Shown piece by piece: positions 25,040 through 37,405 of a stretch of DNA of 64,000 bases. Source of the DNA: Glaucostegus cemiculus (Eukaryota). A model generated the notes under the pieces. It was not told the DNA's origin. It was given only the letters and a program-made list of their open reading frames with translations, and ran no database searches. The DNA lies in the NCBI GenBank assembly GCA_976551045.1, contig CDPCPM010000479.1, forward strand, positions 496,001 to 560,000, given 5' to 3'. The stretch's first letter is position 1. Each line of letters starts with the position of its first letter. The translations under genes and the position numbers were made by a program.

Positions 25040-26035
25040 CTAGTTTAAACCCTCCCAAACCACACTAGCAAACCTGCCTTCAAGAACATTGGCCCCCATC
25101 AAATTCATGTGTAACCCATCCAATTTGTACAGGCCCCACTTCCCCAGAAGAGATCCCAATTATCCAAAAATCTAAAACCTTGCCCCCTGTACCAACTCCT
25201 CAGCTACACATTCATCTGCCACCTCCTCATATTCTTACTTTCACTATCACGTGGCACTGGCAGCAATCCTGAGATTGCTACCTGTGAGGTCCCGTTCTTC
25301 AGCCTTCTGCCTAGCTCCCTTAGCTCACTTTTCAGGACCTCATCCCTCTTTCTACCTATGTCATTGCTACCAACGTGTACCATGACCTCTGCCTGCTTTC
25401 CCTCCCACACAAGAATGCTGTGGACCCGATCAGAAAACATCCTGGACCCTGGCACCTGGGAGGCATCATACCATCCAGGATTCTCGCTCATGTCCACGGA
25501 ATCTCCTGTCTGTTCCCCTGACTATTGAGTCCCCTATCACTATTGCCCTCCTCTTCTCCTTCCCTTCTGAGCAGCAGGACCAGTGCCAGAGACCTGGCTA
25601 CTGCCGCTTGATCCCTGCAGGTCATCCCCCTCAACAGCATCCAAAACAGAATACCTGTTTTTGACGGGAACAGCTTCTGGGGTCCTCTTCTCTCTCTCTC
25701 TCTGCTCTCTCTCTCTCTGCTCTCTCGCTCTCTCTCTGCTCTCGCGCTCTCTCTCTGCGCTCTCTCTCTGGACAGTCACCCATCTATCTGTCTCCTGGAC
25801 CCTAGAAGTACCTGCTCTAAGTAGGGTGACTGCCTCCCGATTCACAGCATGTACGTAACTCTCTCTCTCCCTCCCTGATGCCTCACAGTGATTGAAGCTG
25901 TGACTCCAGCTCATCAATTCTGAGCTGAAGTTCCTTCAGCCTCATGCACTTACTGCAGATATGGTCACTGTGCCCTACAGCAGGGTCCACTAGCCCCCAC
26001 ATCATGCAGCTGCAGCATATCTCCTTGCCCTCCAT
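25040..26035 (-). pseudogene. CR1 ORF1 (Cys zinc finger, coiled coil, SGNH/GDSL esterase), frameshifted
   Basis: Translation from ATG 26035 reads MEGKEICCSCMMWGLVDPAVGHSDHICSKCMRLKELQLRIDELESQLQSL*. Esterase block VMVHVGSNDIGRKRDEVLKSELRELGRRLK..VAISGLLPVPR; ends WEGLN* (TAG 25042-25040). Confidence 0.88.
25685..25769. repeat. Interrupted (CT)n/(GA)n microsatellite inside CR1 ORF1
   Basis: ctcttctctctctctctctgctctctctctctctgctctctcgctctc.. seen directly. Confidence 0.95.
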
Positions 26036-28304
26036 CTGAACTATATTTTTCTTAACTAGCTGTAGTCTACTTAAAAGTTATAACAATAACAGTAAACCTT
26101 ACCTTTACTTACCAGCTACTCACCAGTGTTGTTGCATATGGCTCTGCCTCTTGATGCCGAAGCCTGTTGTGCCAAAGCCACTCGTGCCAAAGCCACTCAC
26201 CCTGACCCTGTCCCCTCCAACAGTGGCCTCTTCAAAATGTTTGCTTTGCTTGACATGGCCTTTTTATTGGCCCTACTAAATTCTGCAAGACCAAAAGAGC
26301 CTGCGAAAACACATGAAACCCACGAGCTTTTTAAATACTTAGTCCGTACCTGTGAGGAACCCGCTGCTCCAACGTCTCCCGGGCCGATTCTGTAGGAAGA
26401 AGAGATGAGAAAATTCATTGCTGTCCACTGATTTCCTTTAAAATTAAACAAAGTAGATTTTCATTGTTGAATTCCATTGTTATCCGTACCCAAAAATGTA
26501 CTAATTTAGAAATACTTCAATGTTAAATTATGTTTCCTGAAAGAAACTTAGGCATTCATACAATAGAATAGATTATGGATAGGTTAATATCCTAATGTTA
26601 AACAGACAATATTGAAGGATATGGAAGGATGTCTAGAATACTAGTGTGAAATTGAATGAATCCCTTGTTGTCTTTTGTTACAGTGTTGCTTTGTAAGTGG
26701 AACTTACATGTATAATAAGTGTGTGATATATAGTACCACATTATTTTTTGCTATATTTAATTAAAGAGACGGAAGGTACAGAAATGGCCTTGGCATCTGC
26801 TGTGTCAGCATCGCTGACAGAATTGGATGAAATGCTTGATCCTGCCATTCACAGCAGCAACTGCAGAGTGTTTCATAAATAATGGATCAGTGAGATTTTT
26901 TTTAACTAAGACTTGTGTGATCAGATCAGAGTGGCTGCCTGTCCTCTGTGATTTCGGAATTGTGCCTGAAATTCTCTACTGCCCAAAGCACTTGCTCTGT
27001 GCCTGAGATGACAAGCTCCTTTTTAACCCTATTTGGCCTTTTGGGGGTCAATTCTGTACAGTACTATATGAATCAGAATTCAGTCACATAAATATTAAGT
27101 CAATGAAACCATCCAACATGGATATCACAAAGTGCTTTCTTTTTGTTTGATAACATAATTATTTTAAAACATTGCAACAAACATCCATGAGTCAAGTAAG
27201 AAAGGAGCATTTGACAGCCAACCCAGAAGTTTACAAGTTTATGTTACAACACTCCTTTTATTTTATTTAATCATTTTTTGATCATCAGTGATTTAATAAT
27301 TCCTAGACAGATTGCTTGCTTTTGTCCAGAAAAATAATAATGGATTTATTCTATAAGAACGAGCATTGGGCTTTTCCATTTCAAATTGTGTATCCTTTCA
27401 GCTGGTGAAACCATAGAGCATTGCTATTTTGAACTGTGATAAGGAATGCCTGGAATGTTGGAACCTTGAGATGATCATAGTAAATGACTTCTCTGGGTCA
27501 GTCTTTCTCAGGATACATGAACTCTTGCAGTATACATTTATAGCTCCAGAATTTCAGTGGGAGCATTTTATTCTTGATGTTATTTAACTAGTGTTTTTTT
27601 TTTCAATTTGAGTGGGCTCATTCTCAGTAATGAGTTGTTTCTGAAAGCTTCTAACCAAAATAATTGATCAATTAGATAGTGAGGACAGTTTCATTCTCTT
27701 GAATCTGTGTTAAAGATATAGAGAAAAAACGCACAGTTTTAAAGATTGTCTTTGAAACTGACTTGACAGACTTTGCTATCAGATTTTTGTTTGCTGAGTA
27801 AAATATTTTGATAGTGTAAGTAACTATAAAGTAGCTTGAATTATTGGTCTTTTCAATGTGATTAGCTACATTACTATTCACAATGCATTGATCACCAATC
27901 TTGTATAGGAAATGACGGTTTTGGGCCAGCCTGAGTCTCAAGTGCCTACTTTCAGGTACCGAATAGGTTTAAATAGTTGTTGCTTCCCTTTTCTAGCCCT
28001 TTAATGGATTTATTAAAATATTAACAAGTTTGGCAACCCCTAGCAGTTTCTTTGGGATTCATTTTGTTCTTTTTAAATTATTTACCTTTTATTGCATTAA
28101 TCCATTTAGTCATTTGTTTCCTGTCAATCGACTTGATTGCGAAATTAGCTGATTCGCCGTCTGCCAATTCACTGTCTATTAATGCTGACAGAGGGAGAGC
28201 ATAAATATTAACTGAAATAATAATTGGAGAGAAGTGCTGGAAAACCAGTTTGTTTGATAGGCTGTCTGATTTTGTATTTAAATTAAGCTAATCCAATAAC
28301 ATGC

Positions 28305-29185
28305 AGATGAGGAGGGATGATGGGCAGATGGAGCCAGGTGGGAGAGGCTGCTAAGTGATAGGTGGAATCAGATGGGGAGGGGATGATTTGCAGCGGGAAC
28401 CAGGTGAGAGGAAGAGGTGGGAAAGGTGATCAAAGGGAGAAGAAAGCTAAGTGGACAGGTGAGTGTGTGTGGGAGAGAACACTGGGTTACCTGGAATTGG
28501 AAAACTCAATGTCCATGCCAAGCTACCAAAGTGGAATATGACAAGTTGCTCTTCCTATTTGCTTTTGGTCTCCACCTAGCATTGGAGAAGATGGAAGACA
28601 GGCAGGTCAGTGTGGGATTGACAGGGAGAGATAAAATTATGTGCAACAGGAAGATCAAGATGGCCATTGTGGATAGAGTGAAGCTGCTCTGCAAAACTGT
28701 GGCCTAATCGGTTTGGTTTCAACACTCTGGAGGAGTACTGAATGCAGTAGATCAGGTTGGAAGAGATGCATGTGAATCTCTTCCTCACTTGGAAGGGCTG
28801 TTTAGGTCCTTGTATGGTGGTGAGGGAGGATGTGAAGGGACAGGTGTTACACCTAGGGTTGCAGGGGAAAGTGCCAGGGGATAGAGTGGTGAGGGATGAA
28901 TGGTTCGGGGAGTCCTGAAGAGAGTGGTCACTGCGGACATCAGAAATGGGGGGGGAGACGAGAAGATGTGACTTGTGGTGGTATCGCATTGAAGTTGGTG
29001 GAAATAGCAGAGGATGATGTGTTGAAAATGAAGGCTGGTGGGATGAAAAGTGAGGAGCAGGGGTACTCTATTGGTATTTTGTCTGGGGAGAAGGTGGCTG
29101 AGAGCAGATTTGCAGGAAATGGAGGAAACCTGTGTGCGGTCTCCATCAATTATGGCAGACAGGAAGTCTCATTTCTAGGAGAGTA
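28305..29185 (-). mobile_element. PLE fragment (RT-EN linker, Cys motif, GIY-YIG, 3' region)
   Basis: Minus ORF SDHSLQDS..PGTFPCNPRCNTCPFTSSLTTIQGPKQPFQVRKRFTCISSNLIYCIQYS..LPVAHNFISPCQSHTDL. Confidence 0.9.
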
Positions 29186-29535
29186 ACCCCTGGTGTTCTC
29201 TTCCCACTCACCTGTCACTTCTGGCTTCTGCCCTCTTCTCTTCCAGTCCTGATAAAGGGTCTCGGCCTGAAATGTTGGCTGTTCATTTTATTCCATAGAT
29301 GCTGCTTGACCTGCTGAGCTCCTCCAGCATTTTGTGTGTTGCTCCATACTTTCAGCATCTGCACTCTGTCTTCTGTCTCCACCTGTCCATTTAGCATCTG
29401 CACTCTGTCTTCTCCCTTTGTTCACCTGTCCCATTCCCCCACGGTTCCATCTGGCCATAATTCCCTTCTCATCTGGTTCCACATCATCTGCCTATCATCC
29501 CCTTCTAATTCGGTTCCATCTATCACCTTTGGAAT
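29186..29535 (+). mobile_element. Inverted PLE pLTR and 3' region joined to the 5' end of the minus-strand PLE; hammerhead motif at 29244-29281
   Basis: cagtc-CTGATAA-a-gggtctcggcct-GAAAT-gtt-ggctg, then catagatgctgcttgacctgctgagctcctccagcattttgtgtgttgct. Confidence 0.85.
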
Positions 29536-32500
29536 ATCCGGCTCAGTGGACTGACAGAAAGAGTGGAGCTACAAATCCCCTTCCTCTAATCATTTTATAG
29601 CCTTATGTGGAAGATACAAGTGTTTTCTGCATTAGCAGAGAGGAGGAAGAATGAGGGGCAGCATTTACTTGCTTTTCACCCAGACCAGCATCCATTGACA
29701 GGCCTGGAGTAAAGTTGCACATCTGCCTGCTTAACCATTGTTAGTGCATGTCTCACAACACTTAAATGATAAGAAGTATGTTGAATTGTGTACATTTTTG
29801 CTGTTAAAAAAAGTGAAGCCAAATCCAGCTGTGTACCCAGTTCACCATATTTTTAACTGTGTGATTTTAATGGGCTATATTTTACTTTCCACTGTGCATG
29901 AACAGCACCAGACTTTTGTCACACTTACACACAGACTTTGTATGGGATTTTGCACTGGAACTTGCTGTGATTTTGAGAGCCAAAACAACATGGCACTCTC
30001 TGTAGGGTATTGAAAAACTCTGTGAATTGGGCAACCAACTGTGTGTCACCTGAATTAATCAGATTGAAAAATTGTTAAGAAGCAGCATGGACTGAACTAG
30101 GAAATCTCACTTCAGATGTTTGACTCAAGGTCAAATCAAGTACATAAAGCAGAATAGAAAGGAACAGAAAGATTTGGCTGCAAGATTAAAAAAATGAAAA
30201 AAATTCTAACAATAATTAAATTCCACGTTTGTAAGAGTTAATTTTCAATGCTAGAGAGGTTATTTGATCAAAAGTACTGTTTAAAAAGGTATTTGTTCTA
30301 GAATGGACAAACCCTGATGTTTTCTGATACAGTTAATGTGGATCATATAAACACAGCAAATTCATGCTTTTCTGTGATCCTGCTTCACTGTTAAATCTCT
30401 CAGTTCAATATCAGCTTCATGCACTAATGAGAGGGCAAGAGGAACCTGGTCTGTAGCTTCCCAATTTCTGTCTATGTCTAGCCAACTGGCTGTGTTTGGT
30501 CACTAGATTGTTGACATCTGATTTGTACTCAAACAAAAGATGAATTTCCACAGCTAAATCTGACCCATTGAGTTTTTAAGATTCATATTTAGGGCAGTGA
30601 TTGTTGGGAATGCAAAACTTCTTCATGCATGAAATAATGAGATTATTTCAAGCTGATTTCAAAATAATTTTAATTAGAAAATTAAATAAGTTTAATTGGT
30701 GTTCTTGAGTCAGCTGCACAGTTTAAATTGTAGAAGTTTGGGAAGGACAGAAACCCCCATTTTCAGGCAGAAGCTCAGATGGTAAACTGCTGCTGCATAT
30801 GTTTATCCATTAAAATACATAATTGCCACAAATGATGAATAATATTTATTCCTGCATGTTCTAATTACAGCAGCAGTACATATATATAATTGCAGTAACA
30901 TTAGTCATGTAAGAGGAGGTTAATATAAATTTTTAAATATTGTCTTTTCATTCCTCTCACAGTTCATTTGGTAGTTTGATCTCTACAAATATTTTATAGG
31001 CTAATGTTTTTGGATGTTTGGAAAGAAGTTCTTTAATAGATGCTCAGATACATTGAGTCCTCTGTTCAACGTTATTTTCACTACGCCAATGCATAGGCAG
31101 GGAGAGTTTGAATTATGTCTTAGTCTTGACTCTAGGGGAGAATTTTCTATCTTAATTATTCAGATGCTTGACAGCATTTTTATTTAACCTTTTTAACTTG
31201 GAGATATGTGTTCTCATGTTTGGTAGTTGGTGTTTGTAGCTTAATTTTCATTGCTTGTTTTTTCTCTAGCTAATCACAAGGGTCATGTTTGAGACTTTGT
31301 TTTTTTTAATTTCAGAATATACATTACTAGTTTAATAAATAGCTATCTTTTCTGGTGTTCATAAATCCTTCAGTTACTTGGAAAAATACTTCTTGCAATA
31401 AACTTGTGATTTATTTTTAGTGCATTGTTGTATATTGAATGTTATGGGTCACAGAGTACTGGGCTGAATGAATCAATTTAGATGATAACTCCAAATATTT
31501 AAACTCTATGGAATAATTATGTAATTGTGATTTAAATTAATCACTTTCTTTGTATCCCCAGATGGCTTATTTAAATGTATGATATGGTAAAACAGATTAA
31601 TAAGAAGATCATCAGTTTCAGTCTTTCATTTGCATTGTATTAACCGTAGTGGAGAGGAGAAAGGGAAGTGTGAAGTATGTTTGGATAGTACAATTTCTGG
31701 CATGTGGACAGTAGATAAAATCAGCCAAGCTTTCTACTTATGATTTTTATATATTTTTCTTTGGAAGAACATTCATATCACTATCAGGTGAGAAGATTTA
31801 GTTCTACTATGATGTCCCTGTTGCTAAAAGGTCTGCCAGCATTTTGGGTCAGAGTGGACACGAAAATGTTATCTCTGAGAATTTGTAGCTTCTAACAGGT
31901 TTGTTAGATCCTCAGTCTGAGAGTAGGAGATGATCGGAGGAGGATAGTGGAGACATAAATCTTTGTCACACTTTAAAATAAAAATCCGATCAACACTGTG
32001 ACCTATAAGGCTCCAAACTAATAGCAGGGAAGCCATATTAGACTCCATTTGTTTTGTTGGCCAGAAATGGCATGATGGGTTGAGTAGCCTCCTGTGCTAT
32101 AAATTTCCAAGTTTTATGATCGAAGGAACTGTTTTAAATTGGATCCTGTTTATAGTCTCTGGAAAATGACATCAACCAAGTAACAAGTCAATAGCCAATT
32201 GAAAGAGCTCACTGTAGCACCACCTTTTCCTCTAAATAAACAAGTCACTGGATTCTATTTCATTCTGGAAGATAGAAAGTATGTGTGTGTTAACAGCAGG
32301 AATGTGTACAAGCACTGTACTTCACACTGGCTTCAAATGTTGAAAGAAACAGTGTTTCCAAAAGCACCTCCATTCCAAAAATTTGGACAACCTTGGGCAT
32401 TTACCCTCTACCTGCCAGTAATATAAAAAATGTCTTGTATCTATCTACAAGTGACAGTAATCACCAATTGCACCAGTCTACAAGATATTGCAATGTGACA

Positions 32501-33129
32501 GCTGTGGGGCTGAACAAAATGATGCTTTCAAGTCAATAAAGTTTAATAGACTAACAGAAGCAAAGATGTTTCAATGAGTGGGTACGTCCCATCCAGGTAC
32601 TCAACACCATAGCACTGGAATACATGGACAACAGATGGTGCTATTTCAAAGGAACATTCTCTTGATTGATAGCTATGAACTGTACCTTTTCTTCAAGCCA
32701 TGACTAAATTATTGCTGTCTTGATTAAAATTGCTGCATTGTTTGGCAGTTGTCATTCATTTTTAAAAATTATTTCTGTAAATTGTTTTAATCCTTCAGTA
32801 AAATAGCTCTTCGGCTGCAGTTGAAAGCATCCACTTGTATGTTAAATTTCCATTTTACTTGTGTATCCAATTGTAAATTTTGGAAATTAAAGCATCATAT
32901 TTTGTTCCATGTGCACCAAAGTGTAGACTCCTAACAAAAGTTAGTTGTGCTCATTGAAAGGCCAAGATTGCTGTTGTTTAGTAACATCTTTCTGTTTAAT
33001 TGTACCTTCGTTCCTACTATTTTTCTCAAATTCACTTCTGTGGATTGCAGGCATTTACTTCAACTTGCCAGAAATTAGAACATGCCTAGTAACTGTCTGC
33101 ATATGAAGTGATCAAATTTCATATTTCCT

Positions 33130-33432
33130 TATGACATAGGAGGAGGGCATTTTGCCCATTGAGTCTATGCTGGCCCACAAAACAATCCTATTCCCCCTAC
33201 TAATTTTCCCTATAACCTATTCTCCCCAAAATTCCATCAATTATAAGACCCACTTGCACTAGAGGCAATATTTACAGTGGTCAATTAACCTACCAACCCA
33301 CATGTCTTTGGAATGTGGCAGGAAACCCGAGCTCTTGGAGGAAACCCACATGGTCACAGAGCGAACTGGTGGTCAGGATTGAACCTGGGTTATGGAACTG
33401 AAAGACAGCAGCTCTACTAGCTGTGCCACTGA
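33130..33432 (-). mobile_element. CR1 tail plus V-SINE fragment
   Basis: Reverse complement reads gtggcacagctagtagagctgctg..ggttcaatcctgacc..gggtttcctcc..tttcctgccacattccaaagacatg. Confidence 0.8.
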
Positions 33433-34654
33433 ACGGTGTGTTCTGTGCTGTAAATTATATGAATGTTTTCTTTCAGAATGATATGTTTAGTGCTGCAATG
33501 ATGACCAGGTACTTTGGCTTCTCTGTCCCCTAATACAAGGAAATCTGTTCCATTATGATAGAAAAATAAAACCTGGTATAGAAAAGAACATAGTTGCAGA
33601 AGAGTTTTCCATTGCTTATTGCTTGGTTTTTGGGTGTATTGTGTGTCTAATTCTAGCAACAGTACTCTGTTTAAAAATCGAAATAGCCAATATGCCTGGT
33701 TGTCATCATTTGTCCTAGAAAACAAGGAAACAGCATGTGATATTTGTTTATTTTGTTTGGATTTGGTGCAATAACAATGATGAAAATAACTGTGATGAAG
33801 GTAACTTGCAGGTAGCATGTAAAATGTATATTTTTGGTGCAGCAAATCAGAAATGCAGTAATGGGGGAGAGGAACATCAGAATGTCAGGGAGAGTTGTTG
33901 GTAGTTTGACAATTGAATGGATTCACTAAGCTGCCTATAGGAGCCTATCAGAAAGCCTGTTATTGGAGTTAAAGTGCTTTCTGTATAATTGCTGATGAAT
34001 TGCTGCATGACTATAGCAAAGACTGAGATATCTTTGAGAGTATGTGATTACATTGCACATTCTTGATTCAAAATATGTTATTTTATTCTTTATTTACATT
34101 TTATTTTCAGTCTCAGAATAGGTTGACTATCCATGGTGGGAAAGGGCATTTTCATGTTGCATAGGTGATGTACCAGTGTCTTGATTTTTTGATGAGATAT
34201 GCAAGTATTTAGTACAGGTGACATTAATTATCAATTTGACATTTTCTGGATATATGGAGCCACAGCACAAGGTTTTATGCCTTGAGGCAACTTCAATTGC
34301 CTGCAGCTACTAAACAGAGCTCATTGGCTGTGTAGTTTGGACGAAAAAAGGTCAGTTACCATAACGACATATTATTTATACCTCTTGAAAGCCACATTTT
34401 AAAACTAGAAATGAAATCATTTTGAACTGCTGGTAAAACCATTTTTAAATGACAAACTGTCATCAATCGCCGCTTTCAGTCAAGAACCAGAGCACCACAA
34501 TGGGAATGCAGTCTTTGTAGTACTGTCTCTCGTGTAGTTGGTTTAGTAGGCATGAGAACTGCACCATTTGGGAATTTCCTGAGCTCACTTGTTTAAATAA
34601 TCTTGGATTTAAATCCTGCTATCTTATTTTGTATATTAAAAAGATCACCCATGT

Positions 34655-34820
34655 GCTCGGACTTCCTCTATACTACTCCCTTTCTTGTTATACTGGCCAT
34701 CTGCCCTCTCCACTGTCAGTCCTGATGCAGGGTTTCAACACGATACATCGACAGTTCCTTTCCTCTCACACATGCTACTCGACCCACTGAGTTCATCCAG
34801 CAAATTGTTTGTTGCTCAGC
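34655..34820 (+). mobile_element. Solo PLE pLTR with degenerate hammerhead (34717-34754)
   Basis: cagtc-CTGATGC-a-gggtttcaacac-GATAC-atc-gacag; then gacccactgagttcatccagcaaattgtttgttgct. Confidence 0.75.
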
Positions 34821-34829
34821 TGTTTGTTC

Positions 34830-35175
34830 CTCCCTCCCTTTCCAAAACTGTCATCAGGTGCCTTGTTGTTAAAGATCATCTGTGCCCCACTGTCTTTTCA
34901 AACTACTGCAAGCAATCTCTTTCCTCTCAAGTCCTTAATCTCTTGTTGGCACCAAATCCATAGACACTTTCCTTGCAGTCATCACAACAACTTGATCCTT
35001 CTTTCTGCTCCTTGCACAAAGTCACCAGCACGATCTCATTTTTTAAAGGAGACTTAGTTAACATTTGGCTTGGCATCCCAACTTTTTTTGGTTTGATGAA
35101 CAATTTATTTGAATACACACCTATATTGATGATGTTTCTACGTTAAAGGTGCTATTTAAAAGCTAGTCATTATCT
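34830..35175 (+). mobile_element. Old L2-like LINE 3' fragment
   Basis: Tail gatgtttctacgttaaaggtgctatttaaa; weakly complementary to 59270-59340. Family assignment is from recall. Confidence 0.45.
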
Positions 35176-36524
35176 TCCTCGGGTATAGTTCTCTGGCCTT
35201 CCCACTTATTAAATTAGTATTTGAGAATGATAAAAATCATATCTTGCCTCCACCTGATGCACAGCCATGTGCACTTTTCATTGTTATCAATGGAAAATGA
35301 TCAGCAATAGAAAGCTAGACCATTTCCCCCAATGGCCATAGTGGAAGAAGCCATCTATAACAGACACCATTCTAAATTTAGCTGAGATGAGCTAATTGAT
35401 GCAGACTAAGTTCTGGTTCACTGTCTAAGCTTTTGCTTTGCATGGGGTCCCTCTGGAATTGAAACTCTGAACTGAATCTGAAAAAAAAATCCAAGTACAG
35501 TTTTTTCAGTGCATGAAAGTATTTTCCATTGGTTTACTTGTTAGTTGGAACACAGTCCTTTTAGACAAGTTTCTGCCTTCCATTAGGAGCAAGCAGTCCA
35601 GGATACGGGCTTCTAGCGATAATCACTCAGAAATCTGAACAAAGTATGTTGCTAACAATGATTGTAGAGTAGTCAGGCTCTTAATGCAGTCAATGCTGAT
35701 ATGTTCAGTATTTTGTGGTTGAGATAAGCAGGTATTTAATAGCGTACTCAATTTCAGTTCTCTCAATGAAAGCATTAATCAAGTTGTGCTAAATGAGATT
35801 GTGGTGTTGACTTGGTGCAAAGAGAAATGAGCGTGTATGGGAATGATCTAGTAGTTATGTTGTTAGACTATTGATAACAATGCAATTGATGGACTAAATA
35901 CAAAGCTAAATGCAAGACTAAATTTCGTAGTGAGCAAATAACTTCAAAGCTGGGAAAGAAGACATAGAAAAGCTCAAGAAAAATGTGAAAATATCAGAGA
36001 GCCGTGTAATGTGCTCATTTTTATTCCTTGATTTCTTTTAAATTTTACTTTTAAGTAGTGCCAAATGTGGTTCAGCACTAGCCTGGAGGCTCTTTCTCAT
36101 TCGTCCTTTTGATAACTAGCTTTCTTTTGAATTTAATAAGTAGGTAAACTGTCAACATGAATCTGAAAAACTCTCCTGTTAGATTTCATTTTGGTCAATC
36201 TGTGTCTTTTCCGTCCTTGCTCTTCAATAGCAGGGAATTATCAGCATTTTAATGTGGGACTGGTGGTTTTTCTGTGTGACTATTACTAATTTTAGTATTC
36301 CTACATATGTTGGGCTGCAACCTGAACTTCCTGGTAGTGGTATCTATTCCATACTTTACCACTGGACAGCTCGTGGAATCCAGTGGTGGAGTGAAAATTT
36401 CTCACCGTTCAGTGGGGAATCCACTTGAATAGCTGTCACTTAGTTATATGTGGCACAAGAGACCCATCTCCTTTTATTTGAATAGGGATAAATGAACAGT
36501 AGTAAGGGACTGTTGTAAGGTAGG

Positions 36525-37405
36525 GAGTCATAGAGTCGGACAGCATAGAAACAGGCCCTCTAGTGCATCCTGTTCATGCTAACTATTGCATGCATCTATA
36601 TTAATCCCATTTACCCACGTTTGGTCCATAGCCTTCTGTGCCTTGGTGATTCGAGTACTTTCTAGATGCTTCTTAAATGTTGAGAGAGGACCTGCCTGCA
36701 GCATCTCCTCAGGCAGCGAGTTTCAGATTCCAAACACTGTCTGTGGGAAGTAAGTTCCCCCTTTGATCTCCTCCAAACCTCCTATCTCTTATCTAATACC
36801 TATGCCCTGTTGTTTTAGACACCACCATGGTCTCCACCTCAAGTCCCGACTCCCCCCCCCCCCCCATAATCTAACAAGTCATCACTTAGCTTTCTCTGCT
36901 GCAGGGAAAATAAACCTCCTTTATCCAATCTCTCCTCGTAATTGAAGTGCACCTTTCCAGGCAACAACCTGGCGAATTCATCTGAACTCTCTCCAGCTCA
37001 ATCACATCCTTTCAATGCTGTGGCAACCAAAATTGCACACAGTATTCAAGGTGCAGTCTAATCAATATTTTATAAAGGTGTAATATGGTGTCCCTTCTCT
37101 TATGTTCTACACTATGGCTGATGAAGTTAAGCATCCCATATTTCCCTCTTCACACTATCTGCCTATGCTGCCACTTTCAGTTATCTGTATCCCCAAAGTC
37201 CCTCTATTCATTCATAACTCCTAGGGCCTGACCATTTACTGGATGTATGTCCTATCCTTCTTTGATCTTCCAAAATGTATCACTTTGCACTTGTCAGGAT
37301 TAAAGTTCACCTGCCATTGATCCACTCATTTTCCAGCTAATCAATATCATGTTGTAGCATAAGACAATTCTCCTCACTATCTGCAACACCACAAGTTTTT
37401 CCGTT
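36525..37405 (-). mobile_element. CR1 3' fragment
   Basis: gagtcatagagtcggacagcatagaaacaggccc tail, plus ggcaaccaaaattgcacacagtattc and ccaaaatgtatcactttgcacttgtcaggattaaa CR1 minus-strand motifs. Confidence 0.85.

Larger units (their letters stand above)
22467..26392 (-). mobile_element. Near full-length CR1 LINE (5'UTR, ORF1, ORF2 with deleted EN N-terminus, 3' tail), inactivated
   Basis: Continuous minus-strand homology: ORF1 zinc finger and esterase; EN VVIMGDFNF..W..ILDLVL; RT ANVVPLFKKG..NYRPVSLTS..SQHGFVKGRSCLT..VDVVYMDFSKAFDEVP, VTSGVPQGLVLG and LYKTLVRPHLQY; 3' tail ..gtactgttctatg. Multiple frameshifts. Confidence 0.95.

Noticed and set aside
22467-26392. Active autonomous CR1
   Set aside because: Multiple frameshifts and stops, a disrupted RT catalytic region (KFAHT instead of KFADD) and a deleted endonuclease N-terminus.
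32300-32520. Possible Deu-domain SINE tail relic (also ~10760-10900)
   Set aside because: Similarity is too faint to support without an HMM search.
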